A DNA stretch of 64,000 nucleotides, taken from the IMG/VR virus record IMGVR_UViG_3300045125_000119, positions 82,165 through 146,164 of that record. One strand, given 5' to 3'. Below the pieces are notes generated by a model. That model did no database searches and was not told the origin of the DNA. It saw only the letters and a list, made by a program, of their open reading frames with translations. Below are positions 55,722 to 64,000 of the stretch, piece after piece; position 1 is the stretch's first letter; the number at the start of each line of letters is the position of its first letter. The stretch is from a virus. The position numbers and the translations under genes are program-made.

Positions 55722-57312
55722 TGAGCAGTAAGTTCATGCACGGGTCGAGTATCCTGCTCGGCGACAACACGGTTCCCGGCGTACAACTGTCGCCGGAATT
55801 GAAAGAGCATATCCCCACCATCCTGAAAGCGTGTCGGGATTGGGGGCTGGATTTCTACCCGACCGTTGTTCAAGTTTTGACCTACGACGAAATCTCCGAA
55901 AATTGCCGCTTACGGCGGCTTTCAGTCAGAATATCCCCACTGGCAATGGGGCATGGAGTACGAAGAACTCCAGCGTGGGTACAGTACGGGATGCACAAAA
56001 TCTACGAGATGGTGATTAACACCAACCCGTGCTATATTTGGAATTTGTCGTCAAACAGCTTGTTGGATCACTTGACGGTCGTTGCCCACGCCACGGGGCA
56101 CAACGACTTTTTCAAGAACAACATCCACTTCAGTGCGACCGATACCAACATGCTCAACAAGATGGCGAATCACGGCACTCGTATTCGCCGCTATATGACA
56201 CGTTGGGGCAAAGAGCGGGTGATCGAGTTCATCGACCACGTTCTTCGCATCGAAACGTTGATCGACGGGTCCAAAGCTTGGAACCAGAAGATCATCCGGG
56301 ACCGCACCCTTGTTGACCAGCGTAAGTACCGGCAGCCTCGGCGGTTGAAGGTCGAGCGCCAGCGGCTCTACATGGAGCCGTTCATTAACACCAAGCAGTT
56401 CCGTCAGGAAGAGAACGAGCGGATCGCCAAGGCTGACACTGGCGGATGAAATCGGTCTGTTCTCGGAACCCACGAAAGACATCATGGGGTTCATTCGTGA
56501 CAACGCACCTTTGAAACCGTGGCAGGCCGATATAGTCTCGATGCTTTACGAGGAAAGTCTGTACTTCTTCCCCAGCGACAGACGAAGGTCATGAACGAGG
56601 GTGGGCGAGCCTGACTGACCACGAAATCATGGCCCGCCAAGGCTACGTCGGGCTTGGTCAAAGAGCCACGACTGCGGCATCGTAGAGTATGCGGCTCACA
56701 AGATGGGGGTCTTGGGCGGTAAGTACAGCATGAACCCTTACAAGCTTGGGTTCTATTTGTTCCTCGATATCGAAGAACGGTGGAACAAGGGTCAGTTCGG
56801 TACGGAATGGGACGAATGCACCGATATCAGGAAGAAAGAAGCGTGGGACACTGGTGCGAAGCTCGGAAGAAGATTTTTTGAGGTCTGCAAATACTATGAT
56901 GACCTCACATTCCTGAACGAGTTTTTCACCGAGGATTTCTGCCGCCAGCAGGAGTATTTCCACTGGAAGCATTATCCCAATGGTGAATATCGTATCGAAA
57001 GTCGGGATTTCAAGAAGATTAAAGAAGGGTTGATGAGACGGCACCTTAACGGTGGCCTCCCGGACATCAAGTTGACGGAGCCGAACTACCGTGGCAAGGG
57101 CTATCTCATGCTGCAACACGATCACGACGGTCGGCCGATATGACGACCCTTATGTGAAAGACGTTCTTGCATCTCTCAGGTTCCTGTGGGGGAACGACGT
57201 GTATTTGGCTACCAAGACCCAAGATGGCGAAGAGGCCATTTACGGGTGCTACGGTCCAGGCCCGGACGATGTGGAATGTGTTAACCGAAAGAACACATTA
57301 GAACACTGGTAA
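55721..57312 (+). CDS. spoVR: SpoVR/YcgB family protein; frameshifted
   Basis: GLDFYP, KIYEMVINTNPC, VVAHATGHNDFFKNN, NPYKLG, L.L.H.HDG. Confidence 0.9.
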
Positions 57313-57539
57313 GAAAATGGAAGAGTTCGAGATTACTTTGTACTCGGCGAAAGTTGCCGGAGTTCGTTATGCAGTTAAGTTTCGTGCTAATGGAGCTTGG
57401 CGTCAAAATCAATCTGAAGGAGATTCACGACGATTTTGTGAGTTTCGCAGTAAAACCCGCCGAGCCGCTCGACGGGAAAGACAAAAAATAGCGTTGCGTA
57501 TATCACGCAACGAGTTTATAAAGATAGTGGGAGTGTACC

Positions 57540-58150
57540 ATGCAGACGTACAACAAAACCGGTCACATTCACGGCCGATTCAATTCAGGTCGGCACGGAA
57601 AATATGACGCTTTAGGAAGGAAGAACGCCACCGATTTCTTTGAAAGCATGGGCTGGTCGGTCGGGGACAACGACAAAAATTCCCAAGGCGAAACGATATT
57701 CAACGAACCGGACCTCAAGGCCACCAAATCGGGAAAAGCCGACGTGTTTGTGGAAGCCGCCGTGAAGCGATCCAAACTGTTGGAAATACCTAAAGGAAGG
57801 CGTCGATATCGAGACACGGAAGTGAAGTATTTCAAGGACGGCAAGTTGTCATACGTCGGCATGAGCAGCGAAGAGGGCACTGAGTTTATTCTTATCCCAA
57901 TGGACTGCTTGAACAAGGCCCAGCTAGATTGCGGGGCGGAATATAAGGGGCAAGGAGTTTCTTCGTCTTCTGGTTTCAATATGCCCGCACGGCTGTCACA
58001 GGGTCCGCAAGGTCTGCTCAAAAGGATTCAACCAGAGTGGAACCACAGAAGATTTTTACCGAATACCTTACGAATATTGCCCGCACTATCGGCAAGGACG
58101 AAAGCGGTAAGTGGGTTCAGCAAAACAAACTACAAATGGTGAAACTTCCA
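57540..58150 (+). CDS. PD-(D/E)xK-like hypothetical protein; frameshifted
   Basis: PDL..VFVEAAVK. Confidence 0.4.
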
Positions 58151-58416
58151 TGAACGTTGAGACACTTTTGAGCGACGGATTCGATGAGTTCGCTCGCCAA
58201 TTGGCAGTTCTTCGCAACAGGAAGAAGCTGCTCAAGCAGGAACTCAAGGGGCACTACGACCGCATTTCTGCTGAAATGGCGGAAATTGATGCCGCTGCCG
58301 CAAAACTGGCCTCCGAATTCGAGGATAATGACGGCTCCCTCGGCGTATTGTCGCAGGCGGTGCCGGAGGGAGAAAAGATGGAAATGCTGAATAAGCGTCA
58401 ACCGAATGATAATTGA
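58150..58416 (+). CDS. Coiled-coil hypothetical protein
   Basis: Helical heptad-pattern ORF. Confidence 0.5.
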   Translation: MNVETLLSDGFDEFARQLAVLRNRKKLLKQELKGHYDRISAEMAEIDAAAAKLASEFEDNDGSLGVLSQAVPEGEKMEMLNKRQPNDN

Positions 58417-59259
58417 ATCCATTGTCAGCGGTAAACTCGAAACTATTGACATGGTCACAGGGGCGATTGCTCGGCTACTGACGCAATCGAGGCGGCAGCA
58501 AAGTTTGAGTGCCTACAACACCCAGATCAAGCACTGCGCTCACGCTTGACGAAGTTGCAGCCCGTTTGAAAATTGTCATGGAAGCCCTCGAATGGGACTT
58601 GAACGGGAAGCGAGCTTGGGAGTTGGAACACGGTCGAAAATTCGATCCAGAACTTCAATGTGGTGACGGATGAACGTCCTTGTTTTGATTTGGATCATTT
58701 GTTTTCCGATCAATCTTGGATTTACCGCATGGGACGCCCATAAAGAAGGACACAATTGGTCTATTTGGACTTTTTTTGCACACGTTTTTTGGTGTGCAAT
58801 TATGGGTCCAGTTATGACCATTTGATTCCAATACATTTGGCATTTTATACCTATCCCAAACCTGACGAACCCGATTTGCCCCTGGTTGGATGAGGATTCT
58901 TCGTGGTGAAAAAAGTATCGCAGCATAGACGATCCTTGGGGCGAAGACGCCCCAGAGAAAGAAGCCCGTTCCCTATTTGGAGCGGGCCTCCGTATTTGAT
59001 TGAAGAATACAAGGGCACATTTAGCGCGCTCAAATGTCCTTCATGCGGCGAGGTTTTACTCATACGGGGACGCCCGATACTCATTCATGATGCCGGTGTG
59101 ATCGCCGGGAGTATTGGAAAAATAAAGCAAAACAGTTGCCATGTTCGTCGGAATCACAGTCGGCATTTTCGGGCTGCTCTGCATGGGCCATCGAGTATTT
59201 TGATGTTGACCCCCTAATTCCTGCACGTAGTATAAGAGGCGTATCAATTAGGAGTGATT

Positions 59260-60686
59260 ATGATCGACTTTGTACCTGAGATTACGGACTTGAACACCTC
59301 CACTTGCACACCGATTTCTCCCTTCTTGACGGCTACGGAATGGTCGAGAATACGCTATACGGGCACCCTCCATCAATCAGAAGTTTTTGACGGTAAGCGA
59401 TCACGGCATGATGGGGGTCATCCCCCGTCAGATCAAAGCGTGTGATAAAATTAACGAAAAGAAAGGGAAGGACACCCTTAATCCGATATTCGCCTGCGAA
59501 CTCTACGTCAACCACCTGCAACCAGAATGCAGTGGACTTGACGACATGCAGCGGTTCGTCAAAGGTCTTGACGAGCATGGCGCTAAATGATATCAAGCCG
59601 AGTTCTCACCTGCTTGCTATTGCCTACAACGAAATCGGATATAAAAACCTCGTCGCTCTTAGTTCGTGGGGCTGGACGAAGGGTTTCTATCGCCGCCCCG
59701 TGTTAATTACGATCAACTTCTGAAGCACAAAGAGGACCGATTTTCACGAGTTGTTGCTACGCCAGTGAAGTCGGCAAAGCGTTCGACCGTGGCCTACGGA
59801 CCAGCCAAGAAGCGGCCGAAGAAGCCGGGTTCGCCATGATCGAGCGGTACATCGAGATGTTCGGCAAGGAGCATTACTATCTCGAAATGATGATGTTGGA
59901 TTTCGTCAAACAGAAACCTTACAACGCATTTATTGTCAAAGCGGCCGAGAAATTCGGCCTCAAGGTTATTGTGACGAACGACTGCCACTACTGCCAACAA
60001 GAAGACTCGCACTTTCAACGGCTGATGCTGATGGTGCAAACCGGCAAGACCATCCAAGACATCCAGAAAGCAATGGCCGAAGACGCCATGCAGGATTTTT
60101 TCGAGTTGCAGGATGCTAATTTGTGGATGAAGTCCGAAGAGAAATTAACGACAAATGGAAACGTGACTATAGCGACGTGGTGCCGTATGAACTGTTTTGT
60201 GAGGCCAAGCGAAACACGGTCTGCATTTGCAACAAAGCCAAAGGCGTGAAACTCGACCGCAGTCTAAAACTCCCGGTCCTTCCAGATGCGGACGAAAAAC
60301 TCAAAGAAGAGGTGATGAAGGGATTCATCCGGCGGGGTCTGCCCAAAAATCGCAAATACCTTGATCGCATTAAAAGAAGAGGTCGGACTGATTACCCGTA
60401 AAGGCTTTTCCAGTTATTTCTTGCTTCAGAAAATGATGACCGACGAGGCCCGCCGCATCTCGCCCAAATTGTTGGGATGGGGCGACGGCACCGAAGCGGT
60501 GGGGCCGGGTCGTGGCAGTGCGGTCGGCGTCTCACCTGTTACTGTTTGGGCGTGACCGACGTGGACCCGGTTTTCGAGGGGCTTCTGTTCTCTCGTTTCA
60601 TGTCCGAAGCCCGTGGCGGTCGTTCGATTGTCCTCGAATTCCGCAACATGGACCCGTTGCCTCCCGAAGAAGCTTTTGCCGAGTAG
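59260..60686 (+). CDS. dnaE: DNA polymerase III alpha N-terminal fragment (PHP domain plus start of palm); frameshifted
   Basis: HLH(L)HTD, VSDHG, PIFACELY, HLLAIA, TNDCHY, GFSSYFL, VGPGRGSA, GVTDVDP..LLFSRF; ends before PDID. Confidence 0.85.
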
Positions 60687-60709
60687 TTTACAACTATCGA
60701 CAGTTAAAT

Positions 60710-60739
60710 AGAAAAGGCCCGGAAGTCCGGGCCTTTTTC
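60710..60739. terminator. Bidirectional terminator
   Basis: AAAAGGCCCGGA-ag-TCCGGGCCTTTTT between convergent genes. Confidence 0.75.
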
Positions 60740-60755
60740 GTTACATTCCATCGAA

Positions 60756-61860
60756 CTACTTCCGCCCGGCCCCATTCCCATTCCGCCCATATCTCCAGCC
60801 ATTGCCGGGTGATCTTTCATGGCGTTCATCAGGTGATGGTGAGCGTGCTTCTTTCTTGGCAGGCATTATTTTGCTATGTGGTGCAATATCGGAAGATGGA
60901 TCGCCGCCGGGACCGTGAGGGCTTCCACCCATATCATCGTTGCCCATACCCATGCCCATGTCGTCGTCCATTCCGGCGTCGTCACCCATGCCCATGTCGT
61001 CACCATCGCCCATGCCCATGTCGTCGTCCATTCCGGCGTCGTCACCCATGCCCATGTCGTCACCATCGCCCATGTCCATATCGCCGCTGCCGCCCATATC
61101 GTCGTCACCCATGTCGTCACCTTCCATGTCTGCCGGGTGCGGCGGCTTGCCGTCTTCGTCTTCCATGTCGTCTTGGTGAGCGGGCGGGGCAACAATTTCG
61201 TTCATGGCACGAGCCAAGCGTCGGGCGTACCGTTCGTCGCCTTCCATGAAGCGAGCCAGAACGCCGTAAGTTTCGTCGTGCCGGAGCATTTCGGCCACAA
61301 GTCTGCCGAAAGTTTTATTCCGTTTCATTTCTCGCACAAGGGCCGCAACCGCACCACGGTTGACTTTAACGAGGTCGGCAGTTTGTTTGACCACTTCCAT
61401 AGGGATGACGCCCTGGCAGGCACACTCGTCCAGTTTGTCCATACCTTCGGTTGTGGCCTTCTGCATTGCCTTTGTGAATTCGGCGAGCGAAAGGCTCTTG
61501 GTCCGGTCGATCCATTCCTGAGTTTTGACCTTCGGCCACGTTTTTACGTTGTTGCCGCCGGGAACGCCACTGGCAGCCCTTGCTCAGTTTTTCTTTGCCG
61601 GGCTTGTAGGACAAAGCCTTGTCGCCTTTGCCAGCAAATCCGTCGGTGAGTTTACCCTTATTCGGGTCTTTGGCGTTGGTGCCACCGGCGTAAGGCTTCG
61701 GATCGCCGACTTGCCCTTTGCCACCAGCGTCTTTGTGTTTATCTTCCTTGCCGGGCTTGGAGTGCTGTGGGCCGTTGTAGTCGGCTACCTGTTGCACTTT
61801 GCCGGTATTTTGCAGCTTTTTCTTGTGATCCAAGTATTCCTGAAATGTCTTGTGTGCCAT
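60756..61860 (-). CDS. Prohead core/internal-type protein with acidic D/G/M tail; frameshifted
   Basis: Starts MAHKTFQEYLD; MGDDDMG-type low complexity. Confidence 0.55.
60949..61074. repeat. 60-bp tandem duplication encoding MGDGDDMGMGDDAGMDDDMG
   Basis: Sequence from 60961 recurs identically from 61021. Confidence 0.9.
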
Positions 61861-62156
61861 TTGCTTCTCCATTTCCTGTAGTTATTCCTCGGACCCCATT
61901 ATTGCCCACAAAATCCCGCATAGATAATTGGGCTGAAGCCGAATGCGAAAACGCCGACGAGGAACAAAAATCGGATGAAAGCCGAATTCAATCCGGTTTC
62001 TTTGGCGACTCCCCCCGCAGAACGCCCCCAAGCACCCGGTCGCTATTAGATCGTTTTCATTTTGCCCTCCCGTCGGATATGTATTCATTTACTGCCAAGA
62101 AATATGAAGGGTGTACTGTCTAAATAGATCAAGCGTATTTTGTGGCCGGAGAACAC

Positions 62157-62439
62157 ATGGAATTCAAAAGCTTTGCCCAATTTCTGAAAGAACGGGGGTT
62201 GAACGAGGACGCCCATGCCAACAAGAGAGGCTATGGAGTTCGACTCTTGCATGCAGATGATTCGGAACCGGTTCGGCGACATGCCGGTTGACCAGCAAGA
62301 AAAAATCGTCCGAATTTCGGCCGGGTACGGGAGCAACACTTACAGCTTGCTCACGCTCTCAAGCGTGACCCAAACGTGTGGCGGGGATCGGGATTCCTGG
62401 GCAGGAGAACTACGTTGGGCAGAAAAACCGGATGTTTAG
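62157..62439 (+). CDS. Small putative head-internal protein; frameshifted
   Basis: CTAAATA motif and GGAG Shine-Dalgarno; starts MEFKSFAQFLKE. Confidence 0.5.
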
Positions 62440-62484
62440 TTGACAACCGGCGGTTTCAAGTAGTATGGTCGGTGTCAGCCTCAC

Positions 62485-62838
62485 GGGGGTGACGGGTTTC
62501 GACGGATTGTGTCTGAGTTTGGGTGGCACGCACTGGAGCATGATCGTCGAAGGCCAGTATAAAAGTCGATCACGCCTTAACCGGCGGGAACGTTCTCTCG
62601 CAATGGCGGCTTGACCGCCAAGGTTACGGCAGCGACGTGGGTAGCGTCTGTGGCTACGCCTACATATCCCGCTGGCTCCAAGTTCTTGCAGCCACGACTT
62701 GAGTGAGAAATGATGCTGTATGCCGAAGTCAACCTTTTTCCGATGTGGTTGATTAGGCGAGATTGGAACAACGGAATAAGCGTGTAGAGGCTCATTCTTT
62801 GAGCGGTTCGGACGAGGGTTCAGTTCCCTCCACCTCCA
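62485..62838 (+). ncRNA. ssrA: tmRNA
   Basis: 5' GGGGGTGACGGGTTTCGAC; 3' GAGGG-TTCAGTT-CCCTC-CACCTCC-A with a G3-U pair; tag ...ERSLAMAA* (62588-62614); TTGACA promoter at 62440. Confidence 0.93.
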
Positions 62839-62895
62839 CATTTCGTCCCAGCGTGCGATTGACGTGGGTGGTGCCTTTCTGGAGACTTCTGGCGT

Positions 62896-63069
62896 TGCTT
62901 TTACACCATGTTCGAAGCTCCCCGGAAGGGAGTTGCGCGAGGTCCGAGTACGGCGATTTGAAGTTTCACGGTTCCCGCTCAGGCCGCACCTGCGTCTTTT
63001 CCGAGTTGGTAAAGACGGCGTTCGGTCGCTTTGCGGCCGCTTCCGACCGAACGCCTCGACTGTAAAGCA
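62896..63069. ncRNA. Candidate structured RNA downstream of tmRNA
   Basis: TGCTTT(T)ACA/TGTAAAGCA closes a multiloop containing GCTCCC/GGGAGT, CGTCTTT/AAAGACG and GGCGTTCGGTCG/CGACCGAACGCC. Confidence 0.45.
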
Positions 63070-64000
63070 GATTCTTTGCCCGGCGAGTTAACCGAAGACG
63101 TATATGTGGGAATGCGATATTTCCGTTACGCCGGATATCAATTCCCATTAAGGAAGATGGGCGAGTTCGGTTGGGTCTGGATTATTTGCTGACTCAGGCG
63201 CGTGGAAGAGAGCCGAAAAACAGCAGGCAAGCCGCCAAAGCACGGTGCAGAGCCGCTCACCATTGATTATCAAGAGTTGGAATTAGACTTACCGTGACCT
63301 GTTCAGGTATGCAGAACGTCTGGTTGATATATTCCGAAGCTAACGACACTTCAATGTCATATAAAAGTGGTCTGGCCGCATCACAAGTGGCTGGACCGGG
63401 GCCATCAAATTCTCACCAACATTTCACCTCCGGATACGGGCGTCCAAATACGGCGTCACTATCAGTGGCTTTCTGGCACCAGCTATACGGGACGATTTAC
63501 GAGAGAATGCCGGTGTAATCTCGTCCCAAATAATAGCCACATCTGATATTCCCTTTAATGAACATTTTCTTTGGTATAAAATCCCTTCACCACTGGAGGG
63601 AACGTATGTCCTGCCGAAGAAGATCGCCAAATTGAACGAGATTCTGACCGCCAAGCCAAGATATACCAAAGTGCGGGGCAGCGGTATGGACGAAGCTCTT
63701 GCCGTTGAGGGAAATGTCCTTCAACTGACGATGCGTCCGTCAGAAAGAGTTGAGGACTTGTTCAATGGACTACCAACACTGACGGCAAGCGGTTCGTCCC
63801 GGCCAGTCAAACCGCAGAGAAAATCACGCCGGGCGTGTATGAAATTCAGATGTCGCAGTCCATCGGCAATAACTTTTTCGAGAAGGGTGCCGGTTCTCCT
63901 CAGGGTTGCAGTTCCCCCAGACGAACTCCGAAAAAGGTGTTCAGAAATTCAAAAGTTCTGGGAAAAGGAAGACATTTTCCGTGGTACGGTCTGACCCACA

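Noticed and set aside
60949-61110. Possible CRISPR array
   Set aside because: It is a coding low-complexity tandem repeat with no unique spacers and no cas genes.
62810-62840. Separate tRNA gene
   Set aside because: The T-arm and acceptor belong to the tmRNA 3' end. I saw no canonical tRNA in the window.
1-64000. Stop-codon reassignment, programmed frameshifting or mass pseudogenisation
   Set aside because: The breaks are frame changes scattered through essential genes, not in-frame TAG/TGA codons. Genes end in all three stop codons and several long genes are intact. Sequencing indels explain this best.
63150-64000. Genes at the window end (and at 58450-59220)
   Set aside because: The fragments are too broken to assign strand or product.

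Overview
This is a segment of a large T4-like (jumbo) tailed-phage genome. Frequent single-base indels split most genes into overlapping ORFs, which looks like unpolished long-read error, so gene boundaries are approximate. The replication and recombination genes are a gp32-like SSB, UvsX/RecA, a UvsY-like protein, a DnaB helicase, a Ski2-like helicase, a minimal PolA and an N-terminal-only DnaE. Nucleotide metabolism is covered by ThyX, a dNMP kinase, a dCMP deaminase and a Nudix hydrolase. RNA repair and translation rescue are covered by an RNA ligase, a P-loop kinase, a CCA-adding enzyme, a 2H phosphoesterase and tmRNA. The window also carries many glycosyl- and methyltransferases, HldE, an intact PrkA(YeaG)-YeaH-SpoVR triad, free-standing homing endonucleases, and reduced paralogs of the major capsid protein and terminase. 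The most notable signals are non-coding: a ~570-nt densely structured element directly upstream of the minimal PolA, a probable phage-encoded 6S RNA behind a late-type promoter, and two further structured RNA candidates. A recurring TA(A/C/T)ATA-N5-ATG leaderless promoter precedes a family of proteins with T4 capsid-targeting-like N-termini. All calls come from reading motifs by eye; no searches or folding software were run.
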